64,000 nt of DNA from Capsulimonadaceae bacterium (GTDB taxonomy: Bacteria; Armatimonadota; Armatimonadia; Armatimonadales; Capsulimonadaceae): the NCBI GenBank assembly GCA_965215505.1, contig OZ244065.1, positions 3,264,001-3,328,000 of the forward strand, in the 5' to 3' direction. How positions within the stretch are numbered: position 1 is the first letter of the stretch; each line of letters begins with the position of its first letter. A program made the position numbers and the translations under genes. The notes beneath the pieces are model-generated. The model made no database searches. It worked only from the letters and a program-made list of their open reading frames with translations, and was not told where the DNA came from. Shown here piece after piece: positions 37,514 through 46,862 of this stretch.

Positions 37514-37816
37514 ATGACAACGAGTAAAACAGCCGCAGAACTGGCCGCCGAAGAAGCGCGCGAAGACCTCCGCCACTTCGCCGCTGAGATCGCCTACATG
37601 GAGACCCACGACATAAGCGAGGAACTAGCGAACTCACCGGAGGTCCACTTCGAGATCAACCTGCCGCCCCGCAAGCCCCATTTTGCCATGGAAACAGCGC
37701 TCGCCGCCAAACTGCGCGAAACCGCACGGCAGCGCGGCATCTCCGCCGAGGCCCTGCTGAACGAGTGGGTGCGGGAGAAGGCGGCCGAGAGCGATACGGT
37801 CGGCGCGGCACAGTAG
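37514..37816 (+). CDS. CopG/BrnA-like antitoxin, no adjacent toxin
   Basis: THDISEEL...VHFEI and C-terminal RHH (LRETARQRGISAEALLNEWVREK). Confidence 0.7.
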   Translation: MTTSKTAAELAAEEAREDLRHFAAEIAYMETHDISEELANSPEVHFEINLPPRKPHFAMETALAAKLRETARQRGISAEALLNEWVREKAAESDTVGAAQ

Positions 37817-37844
37817 AACCCATCCCGAAGGAGTGTGAGCGATC

Positions 37845-38213
37845 ATGCCAGCAGAAGATAGGAAAGCAGCAAAGAAGGCCGACGACGAGGCGGCGGTAGT
37901 CGCGGCCATCGCCGCGATGCCCGAACCCTACCGCGCCATGGGCGGGCGTCTCCATGCGATCATCAAAGCCAGCGCGCCGACCCTCCTGCCGAAGACGTGG
38001 TACGGGATGCCGGCGTATGCCGACGAGGACGGGAAAGTCGTCTGCTTCTTCCGCGGCGCGGACAAGTTCAAGGAGAGGTACATGACATTGGGCTTCAACG
38101 ACGCGGCGAAGCTCGATGAAGGCCCCCTGTGGCCAATCGCCTATGCGCTGACGGGGCTGACCGCCGCCGAAGAAGATAAGATCGGCGCAATCGTGAAGAA
38201 GGCTGTGAGCTGA
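37845..38213 (+). CDS. DUF1801/YdhG-like protein
   Basis: [18 protein letters not shown]...RY.TLGF.D.A.LDEG.LWP. Confidence 0.88.
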   Translation: MPAEDRKAAKKADDEAAVVAAIAAMPEPYRAMGGRLHAIIKASAPTLLPKTWYGMPAYADEDGKVVCFFRGADKFKERYMTLGFNDAAKLDEGPLWPIAYALTGLTAAEEDKIGAIVKKAVS

Positions 38214-38279
38214 GAGCGCACAGTCGGGTAGGCCCTCATGGGCCGGCCCGCAGCACGGCGAAATTTGCGAGAACGAACT

Positions 38280-38810
38280 ATGCTCCAAGGCCTGCGCTCA
38301 CAAATCTACCAGGTCGCCGATCTGGAAGCGGCGAAAGCCTGGTACGCTACCCTGCTCGGCGAGCCGCCCTACTTCGATGAGCCGTTCTATGTCGGCTTCA
38401 ATGTCGGCGGCTACGAGTTGGGCTTGCAGCCATCCGATGACGCCGACGCGGGGCAGGCGAAGGACGCCCTAACCTATTGGGGCGTCCCCGACGCCGAGGC
38501 GGCCCACGCGCACCTGCTGGCGCTGGGGGCGGCCGAGTATCAGCCCGTGCAGGAGGTCGGCGGCGGCATCAAGCTGGGGGCCGTCCGGGACCCGCAGGGC
38601 GGCATCCTAGGTGTCATCGAGAACCCGCACTTTCTGGCGGCCCATCCGAGTCCCGGCCATGATACCTCCGAGCCGGGCGTGACGTTCTCCTTGCATATTC
38701 CGCAGGGGGCGCTGGAACAGGCGCGTGAAGGGGCATGGTCCGCAAGCACCAGCCTGGAAGAGTATCTGGGCGAATGCGCCCTGGACGGCATCTACCGGGG
38801 GTATCGGTAA
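38280..38810 (+). CDS. VOC/glyoxalase family protein with C-terminal extension
   Basis: V.DLEAAKAWY, GGYELGL, DPQGG.LG.IENP. Confidence 0.85.
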   Translation: MLQGLRSQIYQVADLEAAKAWYATLLGEPPYFDEPFYVGFNVGGYELGLQPSDDADAGQAKDALTYWGVPDAEAAHAHLLALGAAEYQPVQEVGGGIKLGAVRDPQGGILGVIENPHFLAAHPSPGHDTSEPGVTFSLHIPQGALEQAREGAWSASTSLEEYLGECALDGIYRGYR

Positions 38811-38849
38811 GCCACACTCGGATGAACGGAATTAGAGGAGCAGACGCCC

Positions 38850-39488
38850 ATGTCCGCATTGCAGAGAGCTTACTACACGCCGGAGCAGTATCTGGAGATG
38901 GACCGCAAGGCCGAGCATCGGAGCGAGTATGTGGATGGCGAAATCCTGGCGATGGCCGGGGCAAGTCGCGAACACAACCGGATCACGATTAACATAGGCA
39001 CCTCCCTTCTCACTCAGACTCGTGGCGGTTCGTGCGAGCCGTTCACTACCGACCTGCGCGTCAAGGGCCGGACCACCGGCGCTTTTCTCTTCCCGGACGT
39101 CGTGGTCGGGTGCGGCCCGCTTGAATTTGAGGATGCTTCCCTGGACATCCTGCTGAACCCCGTCGTCCTCATGGAAGTGCTTTCGCCGACGACCGAAAGT
39201 AATGATCGGGGCTGGAAGTTCGCGCACTACCGGCGGCTGGCGACGCTGACGGACTACGTCATGCTCTCACAGTATCAGCCGCTCGTGGAACACTACACGC
39301 GCGGTTCGGATGACAAGTGGGTGCTGACGGAACTGCGCGGCCTTTCGTCCGTCCTGCGCCTGCCGTCCATCGGCTGTGAACTGCCGCTGCCGGTGATCTA
39401 TGAGCGCGTCGAGTTCGCAACGGATCTGGTCCTGGCCACGCTGGAGATGTCGGAAGGCGACGCTCAGGACGAAGAGATGATGCCGTGA
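38850..39488 (+). CDS. Uma2-family PD-(D/E)XK endonuclease
   Basis: EYVDGEI.AMAG...H, FPDV.V.C, EVLSPTT...DRG.KF..Y. Confidence 0.92.
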   Translation: MSALQRAYYTPEQYLEMDRKAEHRSEYVDGEILAMAGASREHNRITINIGTSLLTQTRGGSCEPFTTDLRVKGRTTGAFLFPDVVVGCGPLEFEDASLDILLNPVVLMEVLSPTTESNDRGWKFAHYRRLATLTDYVMLSQYQPLVEHYTRGSDDKWVLTELRGLSSVLRLPSIGCELPLPVIYERVEFATDLVLATLEMSEGDAQDEEMMP

Positions 39489-39874
39489 CGACTGACTTGC
39501 GCGAGGCCCTGCGCCGCCGGCTGGTCGCGCTGCCGGGCGCGACCGAAGAGTACCCCTTCACTCTGGCCGTTCGGGTCTTCAAGGTGGGCGGGAAGATGTT
39601 CGCCGTGACCGGGGTAGACGATGACCCGCCCTGCCTGACGCTGAAGGGCACTCCGGACGACAACGAGATCGACCGCGCCGAGTACCCCGCCGTCCGGCCT
39701 GGCTGGCACATGAACAAGCGCCACTGGAACACCATCACCCTGGACGGCTCCGTCCCCGACGAAGTGCTGGCAGAGATGATCTCGGCCTCCCATGCCCTCG
39801 TGGTACATGGACTGCCCCGTGCCCTTCGCCCGGCTCTACTGGAGAAAACCAATGCCGCAGATCACCGCACTTGA
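39485..39874 (+). CDS. MmcQ/YjbR-family DNA-binding protein
   Basis: VFKVGGKMFA, PGWHMNKRHWNT. Confidence 0.92.
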   Translation: MTTDLREALRRRLVALPGATEEYPFTLAVRVFKVGGKMFAVTGVDDDPPCLTLKGTPDDNEIDRAEYPAVRPGWHMNKRHWNTITLDGSVPDEVLAEMISASHALVVHGLPRALRPALLEKTNAADHRT

Positions 39875-40535
39875 ACCCCAGAAGCGCCCCGGCCGACTGA
39901 ACATCTTCGTGGACGGCCAATTCGTCATCGGGGTGGGGGAGACGGTCGCCGCCGACCTCAGCCTGCGCGTCGGGCGCGAGATCACGCCGGACAAGCTGCG
40001 CGAGATCGCCGGGGCCGAGGAGGTCCACAAGGCCACCGAGAACGCCCTGCTCCTGCTGGAAGTCCGGGCGCGGGCGCGGCGCGAGATCGAGACGCGGCTG
40101 ACGCAGAAGGGCTATGAGGAGGGCGTCATCAGCCAGGTCATCGCGAACCTGACGCGGCTCGGCCTGCTCGATGACGCCCAGTTCGCGGCCCAGTGGGTGG
40201 AGGCCAAGACGCGCGAGGGCGGCAGCCGGCCCGTGGGCCGCCGGCGGCTGTCCTCCGAGCTGTACGGCAAAGGGGTCGCTCGGGAGCAGATCGCCGAGGC
40301 CGTCGAGAAGGTCACGAACGCCGACGAACTGGCTTTGGCGCGGGCGGCGGCGGGCAAGAAGGTCCGCACCGTCCCGACCGACCGGGACGCCTTGCAGGCC
40401 GAGCGCCGCAAGCTGATGGGCTTCTTGCAGCGGCGCGGCTTCGGCTGGGAGACCGTCAAGCAGGTGACACGCGAGGCGCTGCCCTCGCCGGGAGACGAGT
40501 CTTTGGAAGAGGCCGAGGAAGAGTACGACGGGTGA
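39852..40535 (+). CDS. recX: Regulatory protein RecX
   Basis: R.NIF.DG.F N-domain, E...RL..KG, LLDD..FA, L..KG, FL.RRGF. Confidence 0.9.
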   Translation: MPQITALEPQKRPGRLNIFVDGQFVIGVGETVAADLSLRVGREITPDKLREIAGAEEVHKATENALLLLEVRARARREIETRLTQKGYEEGVISQVIANLTRLGLLDDAQFAAQWVEAKTREGGSRPVGRRRLSSELYGKGVAREQIAEAVEKVTNADELALARAAAGKKVRTVPTDRDALQAERRKLMGFLQRRGFGWETVKQVTREALPSPGDESLEEAEEEYDG

Positions 40536-40565
40536 TGGACGGGGGAGAAGACGAGGCAGGAAGGA

Positions 40566-40693
40566 CGAGTGACTGGAAATCACTCGCTCCCATCAGACCT
40601 GTCCAGGGGACAGAAGAGGGGAGTTGTCTGCTGCCACTCTGCTCTCTTGTCCCTTGGACAAATCTGGCGTCAGCGAGTGATTTCAATCACTCG
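40566..40693. repeat. REP doublet, same family as 37352-37500
   Basis: CGAGTGACTGGAAATCACTCGCT ... AGCGAGTGATTTCAATCACTCG. Confidence 0.8.
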
Positions 40694-40716
40694 TGTCTGA
40701 TCCTCGATTCCAACGC

Positions 40717-43533
40717 TCACGGCTTCTTCGGCGTCAGGTCGTCCCCGATCCGCCCGTCATCCCCGCCGTCGTGTCCCTCGACCGTGTTGTCCGCACCGAT
40801 GGCCTCACGCGCCCCGGCCGTGGCGAAGGCTTTCGGCGGGGCGTTCGGCGTCCAGTTCCAGAAGTAGGCGAGATCGCGGCGAAGCAACGTCCCCACCGTG
40901 CGCGGGCCTGACTCGTAGCCGACCGGGGCGTCGCGGACGAAATTGAACTCGGCGATGGTCCCCTCGACCGCGAGGTCGGCGGGGTCCTCGGGCCGGGCCG
41001 GGCCAGCCGAGATGGACAGGCCCGCCGTCCGGCTCTGCGTCATGCTGTTGTGCCGCAGGACCGTCCCTAGGGCGCGCGGCCAGTCCACCGAGCGGCTGGC
41101 CTGCGGGTCGTCCTCGATGCCCAGGCGGATGCCCCGGTCCGTCTCACTGATGCGGTTACCCTCGACCGTGTTGTAGAACAGCGGCCCGATGCCCGCGTTC
41201 CAGGTGTTCGGCATCGCCGGCCCCGCCGTACTCATGGCCCCGTAGAGGTAGATGCCCTCTTTCCGCTCCCCGGCGATCTCGTTGTCCGCGAAGATGTTCC
41301 GGTAGCCGCCGATCCAGAGCTGGATGCCGCTCATGCCGTCGGGCAGGCGGTTCCCGACGACGATGTTGTGGGCGAACGAGAGCGCCTCCAGGACGAGCGA
41401 ATGGCCGTCCGGCGGGACCGCCCAGGGCTGGTCCAGCGTCAGTGTCCTTCCCTGCCGTCCCACGACGCGCCGCACCTGGCCCAGCCCTCGGCCCCGGACG
41501 ACGTACACATAATACTCGTCCTGCGGCGGCTCCACGTCATCCGAGACGAGCGGCGGCACGAACGGGCCACTTGGGGGCAGAGTCACGCCCGCCCCAGTTG
41601 CACTCTCAGGCGAGCCGTAATAGGCGACGCGCATGTTGGTTTCAAACAGGATGGTCTCGCCGACGTTCTGATCCGTCCCCGCCACACCCCCGAACCGCGT
41701 CCGGCCCACATTGCCCGCGATATAGTTATCGCTGACCGACCCGGCCCCCGTCGAGAACCAGAGCAGGCGGCGGGCGGTCGGGCCTCCGCCGGCATCGGGA
41801 CTGTCTGCGACGTTGCCCTCGATGACGTTCTGGTGCAGCGCGTGCGTCCGCCCCAGGATGGCGGCCTCGGCGTTGCCGCCGAACCGCGTGACGGCGTGGA
41901 GCTGGTTCCCGCGGATGCGCCCCTGCGTCATCCCCTCGAACCGCAGCGGCGCGCGCCCCGTCAGGTCACAATCCGCGACGGTGACGCCGCGCCCATTGAC
42001 GACGTACACGGCGGAGTTCTCGCCGGTCGTCCCTTCCACACCGGCCACGCGCACGTTCTCGACGCGCGCGTCTTGCAGGACGTGGCCCTGCGGGTGGGCG
42101 ACAAGTACGCCGGTACTGACGCGCGGCGAGCCGAGGACGGTCAGGCCCGCGAGGCTCGCCCCGTCGCCCGCCAGCCAGACGGCGGCGGCGTCGCCGCCAA
42201 GGAACTGCGCCTGCACGGTCCGCGAACCTGAAACGTCCTCGGCCTGTTGCACCAGCAGGGCAGGGGAAGTCTTGATCGCGGCCAGGTCGCCGGGCCGCCA
42301 GGCCGGGTCACGGGCGAAGACGAAGGCGTCCAGGTTGATCCCCCCGCCGCCCTGCGTGGCCCAGCGGACCGTGTTGGTCCCCTGCTTCAGCGTGATTGTC
42401 CCCGCCGAAGCCCAGCGGAATTTACCCCAGTCGCCCGTGTCGGCAAGGTCCTGAAGGGGAGTGGGCGGCCCGCCGCCTTCGACGGCCAGCGTCGTCCGCC
42501 CGCTCATGGGCGTCGCATTGGAGGCGGCATAGCGCACCCAGATAGTCCACGCCCCGGATGCCGGTGCGGCGACTTTGTAGGTCAGCGTGTCCCCAGCGTC
42601 CTGCAAGCCGCCGACCGCCTGACCCCAGCCGGACGCGCCCAGCCGCCGGAGCGGGACGTTGGCCGGGGCAGCAAGCTTCAGCGTCGTCTGCGCCCTCCCA
42701 GCCCCCTCCAGACGGCTCCCAGCCGAGATGACCAGGTTGCACTCCAGCGCATACGTCCCCGGCGCAAGATGCACCACCCCGCCGCGATCCAGCGCCGTCT
42801 GGATTGCGGCCGAGTTGCTCCCCACCTGCATCAAGATTAGTGGCATTCGGGAGAGCGCAACTGGGCGCACTTCCAGCGCAACCGGCCCGCCCCAGCCCCA
42901 CGCCCCGCCCGTCCCGGCGTAGACCCAGACTTCGTACCGGCCTGGCGCGGAGGGCGCGCGCCAGCCGACCCGGTAGCGCGAAACGGTCGCCGGCGTCACC
43001 CACGCGCCCGCCTGCCCGTGCTTCGCGACGTAGACCCAGGCGCGCGCCCGGTCGGGCCGCTCCGCCAATTCATCGCCGAACAGGTCCACCGTCTCACCCG
43101 GCGCGGCGCGGTCGGGCGTACACCACCAGGGCTGGGGCGCGTTCAGCCGGAAGGGGGCGCTGCCCCCGATCTGCCCGACGAACAGCCCATCAGGGATGTT
43201 CTGGGGCAAGGTCGCGATCAGGTGATCCGGCGCGGACGCTCGCACGGTCATGGCCTCCGCCCGCCCCGTGCCCGTTTCGCCCGGCCCCCACAATGTCACC
43301 GTCCGGCCGAGGCCCGCTCCCGCCACGAAGAAGCTGTCATCCGGCCCCGCGCTCGTCGTGCCGCTGTAGACCTGTCCTGCGCCCGAGGCCGGGAACACAG
43401 GCTGATAGGTCGGCGTCGGCAGGACGGGTGCCGGGTCGGGGTGGGGGAACGAGGCCGATGTGACCTGGGCGCGGACGCCGCTTGCGCTCATCGTCAGCGC
43501 CAGAAGCGCGGCGGCCATCAGAGGTCTGTTCAT
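40717..43533 (-). CDS. Secreted right-handed beta-helix (pectin-lyase-like) protein with inserted CBM6/35-like module
   Basis: Signal peptide; AIQ.ALD.GGVV.L.PGTY, W.RYA...TG.W....L..G.N...G.NLD, repeated xxxN ladders. Confidence 0.75.
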   Translation of the reverse strand: MNRPLMAAALLALTMSASGVRAQVTSASFPHPDPAPVLPTPTYQPVFPASGAGQVYSGTTSAGPDDSFFVAGAGLGRTVTLWGPGETGTGRAEAMTVRASAPDHLIATLPQNIPDGLFVGQIGGSAPFRLNAPQPWWCTPDRAAPGETVDLFGDELAERPDRARAWVYVAKHGQAGAWVTPATVSRYRVGWRAPSAPGRYEVWVYAGTGGAWGWGGPVALEVRPVALSRMPLILMQVGSNSAAIQTALDRGGVVHLAPGTYALECNLVISAGSRLEGAGRAQTTLKLAAPANVPLRRLGASGWGQAVGGLQDAGDTLTYKVAAPASGAWTIWVRYAASNATPMSGRTTLAVEGGGPPTPLQDLADTGDWGKFRWASAGTITLKQGTNTVRWATQGGGGINLDAFVFARDPAWRPGDLAAIKTSPALLVQQAEDVSGSRTVQAQFLGGDAAAVWLAGDGASLAGLTVLGSPRVSTGVLVAHPQGHVLQDARVENVRVAGVEGTTGENSAVYVVNGRGVTVADCDLTGRAPLRFEGMTQGRIRGNQLHAVTRFGGNAEAAILGRTHALHQNVIEGNVADSPDAGGGPTARRLLWFSTGAGSVSDNYIAGNVGRTRFGGVAGTDQNVGETILFETNMRVAYYGSPESATGAGVTLPPSGPFVPPLVSDDVEPPQDEYYVYVVRGRGLGQVRRVVGRQGRTLTLDQPWAVPPDGHSLVLEALSFAHNIVVGNRLPDGMSGIQLWIGGYRNIFADNEIAGERKEGIYLYGAMSTAGPAMPNTWNAGIGPLFYNTVEGNRISETDRGIRLGIEDDPQASRSVDWPRALGTVLRHNSMTQSRTAGLSISAGPARPEDPADLAVEGTIAEFNFVRDAPVGYESGPRTVGTLLRRDLAYFWNWTPNAPPKAFATAGAREAIGADNTVEGHDGGDDGRIGDDLTPKKP

Positions 43534-44015
43534 GGGCGTTCATAGCTCCAACTCAGCATCGCCCCGTCTTCATACGGCATGACGCCGTGAAAGGGGCGCG
43601 GGTCGCCATCGAACACGAGGGGCAGAAAACAGTGGTCGCTGGGCCACAGCGGCAGGCCAGGAACCGACGACAGCGGCACCCACTCCAGCGTGCCCTCGTG
43701 GTTGCCTTCATGCGCCGTGCCGTGCCACGCATCTATTAGGAAGATGAACCCGAACCAGTCCGCGCCGCCCTTGCCGAAACCCGGCCAGGAGATCGTCCCG
43801 CGCAGGGTCATCCCCCCGGCGGTCAGCCCCGACTCCTCCCGTATCTCCCGCCGCATCCCCGAAACGATGTCTTCCCCCGGCCCCAATTTCCCGCCCAGGC
43901 CATTGTATTTGCCGAAGTGGAGGTCGTCCGGCCGCTTGTCGCGCCGGATCATCAGGACCGATTGCTGGTCCTGGGAGAGAACGTAACCTAATGTAGCGAG
44001 AATGGGTTGGTACAT
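43530..44015 (-). CDS. NUDIX hydrolase (MutT/MTH1-like)
   Basis: Complete Nudix box GGKLGPGEDIVSGMRREIREESGL; EG.LEW, LWPSD. Confidence 0.92.
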   Translation of the reverse strand: MYQPILATLGYVLSQDQQSVLMIRRDKRPDDLHFGKYNGLGGKLGPGEDIVSGMRREIREESGLTAGGMTLRGTISWPGFGKGGADWFGFIFLIDAWHGTAHEGNHEGTLEWVPLSSVPGLPLWPSDHCFLPLVFDGDPRPFHGVMPYEDGAMLSWSYERP

Positions 44016-44022
44016 GGGCGTC

Positions 44023-45219
44023 CTAAATCAGCATCCGCGCCGGCGCGGGGCGACTCTTGCGCGCGGCGTCGCGCACCTCGCCGGTCAGAAGGTAGCCGAA
44101 GCCGGCCTTTTCCAGCCGCAGGACGAAGTCGTCCCGCGTCACATGGAGGCGCTCCGAGGCCGTATCCAGGTGCCACTCCGCCTCGGACAGCAGTTGGAGC
44201 AGATAGGCCCGCCGCGTCTGAACCGCCGACAGGCGGTACGTCTTCAGATACTCCAAACGGCCGTCGTCCCGGACGATTGCCTCGCCCATGTGGTTGTCCC
44301 CGTTCAGGCTCAGGTCCGTCACGAACCGCTGCAAGGTGAACGGCCCCGCCGTGTAGACCCGCTCCGACCGGACGGTCCGCCCAAGCAGGTCATGGGCCAT
44401 GAAGCCCTGGAACTCGGCCCAATCCGACCGCACACGCGCCAGCGCGGCCCGCAGATCAGACAGGCCGCCGATCTTGCCCGCGTCAATAACGACTTCCAGC
44501 GGCAGGACGTCGTCGTAGAGCAGGCCATACTGATAGATCAGCTCGCCGTAGAAGTCTTGCAGCAGCGACCGATGCAACGCGCGGTAATCGTCGGGGTGGG
44601 GAGTCACGAAGGCGGACGCCAGGGCGTCTGCGACGAACACCAGGACGCCGACTTGGTCCTCGTGCATCTCGAACGTCCGCAGGGCGTCTTCAAAGCCGGC
44701 GATCTGCTCGCCGCCGTAGACCGTTTCGGAGCGCGGGTCCAGGCCCCGGCGGATGGCCCGCCGGGAATACTCGGCCCAGGCGATCTCCGGGCCGGAGAAG
44801 GACAGCGCCAGGAAGCCTTCCATCGCCAGGTGCATCGGCAGGAACCGCAATTGGTTTCCGGCCTCGCGCTTCGCCATGCGCGGCAGCACGCGCAGGCTGG
44901 CGAAGGACCCCGCGAACCGTTTGCCGTCCGCCCCGGCCAGCCCCGCGCCGAAGGCGGCCACGGCGCTCCCGTCGCTGTTCCAGGACATCACCATGCCGTG
45001 CGGGACGTAGGAGACGTACTTGATGCCCGGCGCGAGCAGGGGGCCATCAAGGGACACGACGGCGACGTCATCTTTGTACGCGCGCCTGGCCAGCCGCAGA
45101 TCGCCCGGCGCGTCCCGCCGCAGCAGGGGGACCAGCCGGACCGTCCCGCGCACCTGCGAGGGCGCGATCTCCAGGCCGTTCAGCGTCAGCGTCTCGATCA
45201 GATGGGCGGCATGAGCCAT
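44023..45219 (-). CDS. ARPP-2-like domain protein with C-terminal Fis-type HTH
   Basis: GL...PSQV.G.VRLVPLLR, P.HLAMEGFL, DALR.FE.HE.QVG; C-terminal RAYLL.LL....W.L..AS..L.V.R..F..RL..AG; family call from recall. Confidence 0.6.
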   Translation of the reverse strand: MAHAAHLIETLTLNGLEIAPSQVRGTVRLVPLLRRDAPGDLRLARRAYKDDVAVVSLDGPLLAPGIKYVSYVPHGMVMSWNSDGSAVAAFGAGLAGADGKRFAGSFASLRVLPRMAKREAGNQLRFLPMHLAMEGFLALSFSGPEIAWAEYSRRAIRRGLDPRSETVYGGEQIAGFEDALRTFEMHEDQVGVLVFVADALASAFVTPHPDDYRALHRSLLQDFYGELIYQYGLLYDDVLPLEVVIDAGKIGGLSDLRAALARVRSDWAEFQGFMAHDLLGRTVRSERVYTAGPFTLQRFVTDLSLNGDNHMGEAIVRDDGRLEYLKTYRLSAVQTRRAYLLQLLSEAEWHLDTASERLHVTRDDFVLRLEKAGFGYLLTGEVRDAARKSRPAPARMLI

Positions 45220-46682
45220 CAGTCGGCCTCCTCGCCGGAGTCACTAGCCGTGCCGATCATCCGGGCGGCGCGCGACGCCAGATACGCCTCCAAGTCGGAC
45301 AGCGGCAAGGTGCCCTCGGCGAAGCGGGCGAAGCCGAGCATCGTCGGCAGGTCCTCGGCGTCCCGCAGGCCGACGGTCGGCACGAGCGGGCTGAGGGGCC
45401 GTAGGGTGAAATCGTCCGGGTCGAAGACCGGGTTGCAGTGGACAATGGAGGTCCGCCGGGCCGGGTCCAGACGCAAGCGGAAGACTCGCAGCACTTCGGA
45501 GGCCCCGTGCGGCGGGTCGTTCTCGCAGCCGTCGGAGACGATCACGATCAATTCCGCGCCCCAGTCCAGGGCGTCCAGCAGCGGCGTCGCCAGGTCCGTC
45601 TGCCCGTGCGCCCGCGCCATCGACGGGTCGGCAGTCGGGCAAGTCCAGAAGGCGCGATACTCCTGGGCCGCCGATTGCAGCAGGTAATGAGAAGCCAGGG
45701 CCACGGCCAGTGGCCGGCGGCGCTTCTCGGAAGACCCCGAGCTGGAATAGCTGCCGTCCAGCACGGCGGCCACGCGCCCCAGCCGCAGCGGGGCCTTAAG
45801 GAGCGCCTGCCGCGCCGCCGCTTCCAGGGCCGGATGCAGGACGTCATGCTGCGCCCGCCGCTCGTCGTCGGTCAGAGACAGCGCGTACAGGGCCAGCTTT
45901 GTCAGGGGCAGCCGCTCCCACTCCACGGCCAGCGCAGCATCGCCGACGCGGGCCGCTGTCTTTTGCAGCCGCAGCCGCTCCCCCGCCGTCAAGAGTGGCG
46001 CGATGCGCTCCAGGAAGACGTCGCGCGGGATCTTGTGCTTTGCCGCCAGGCCCTCGGCGACCGTGTAGGGCAGGCGGTAGACCGCCTCGGCGCTGTGGTG
46101 CGCCTGCCGGAAGCTTTCCAAAAGTGGCGTCTGGAAGACCTTGCGCTGCCAGCCCTTAAACAGGAACCCGCCGACCTCGCCGGGCAGGCACAGATGGGCA
46201 TGACGCGCCATGCCATGGACCTTGGTGCGGTACTTGACCGCATCGAACGCCAGGTCGCGACGCCGCGCCCCGTACTCGCGGGCGACCGCCCGTGCCCGCC
46301 GGTTGTTGATGCGACGGTCGCGCAATGCCTCCAAAACCCGCCACGCGCGGGGCGGCGGCAGGGCGTGGAGGGCGGCCGTCAGCAGGCCATTCTCCTCGGC
46401 TTGGTGCGCGCGGGCGGCGTCACGGCCCGTCGCCAGCAGGTTCAGGATGATCTGCGCCTGGTTGAAGTGGTTGATGCCCGCCGCCAGGGTGCGCGCGTAC
46501 AGCAGCCGGTAGTTGCCCAGGATGTAGCGGTGCAGGAAGTCAATCGAGACGCGCTGGTCCGACCCGTCGCTGTAGAACTCGCGCTGCCCGGTGCAGGCGA
46601 AGCAGGCGTTGACGAACATGACCAGGTCCTCGCGGGCGACCTGCTCTTTGCGCTCTCGTTCCAAAACCTCTTTAGCGTTCAT
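45219..46682 (-). CDS. Divergent Ro60/TROVE-like helical protein with C-terminal vWA (MIDAS) domain
   Basis: Helical Arg-rich N-terminus; VLDGSYSS (DxSxS), GQTDL, VIVSDG.EN. Confidence 0.6.
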   Translation of the reverse strand: MNAKEVLERERKEQVAREDLVMFVNACFACTGQREFYSDGSDQRVSIDFLHRYILGNYRLLYARTLAAGINHFNQAQIILNLLATGRDAARAHQAEENGLLTAALHALPPPRAWRVLEALRDRRINNRRARAVAREYGARRRDLAFDAVKYRTKVHGMARHAHLCLPGEVGGFLFKGWQRKVFQTPLLESFRQAHHSAEAVYRLPYTVAEGLAAKHKIPRDVFLERIAPLLTAGERLRLQKTAARVGDAALAVEWERLPLTKLALYALSLTDDERRAQHDVLHPALEAAARQALLKAPLRLGRVAAVLDGSYSSSGSSEKRRRPLAVALASHYLLQSAAQEYRAFWTCPTADPSMARAHGQTDLATPLLDALDWGAELIVIVSDGCENDPPHGASEVLRVFRLRLDPARRTSIVHCNPVFDPDDFTLRPLSPLVPTVGLRDAEDLPTMLGFARFAEGTLPLSDLEAYLASRAARMIGTASDSGEEAD

Positions 46683-46699
46683 GGGCGGCTGCTATACAT

Positions 46700-46791
46700 A
46701 GAAAGGGGCCGACCGGGGAATGGCGGCACGACTGGCATACACTGCTCCATAGGCGGTTTCGGAAGTCGCGCCAGAGTCCCACGGCCGGCCT
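46700..46791 (-). ncRNA. Candidate structured RNA (possibly Y-RNA-like) directly upstream of the TROVE/vWA-like gene
   Basis: Outer stem GGCCGGCCG/CGGUCGGCC, inner 9-bp stem GGCGCGACU/AGUCGUGCC, 30-nt loop, CUUUCU tail; -10 TATACT at 46798-46803. Confidence 0.45.
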
Positions 46792-46862
46792 GTGTCCAGT
46801 ATACCCCAGGCAGGTTGAAGGGCCGCACACGTCGAAGAGGACTGAGAGCGGGAGGAAAGCAG

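Noticed and set aside
46700-46791. tRNA or YrlA-type tRNA mimic
   Set aside because: No T-loop (GTTCRA) or cloverleaf; kept only as a generic structured RNA candidate
45438-46862. N-terminal 475 aa of the 1530-aa ORF
   Set aside because: Antisense to the vWA gene and crosses the intergenic hairpin; a good RBS and ATG exist at 46863
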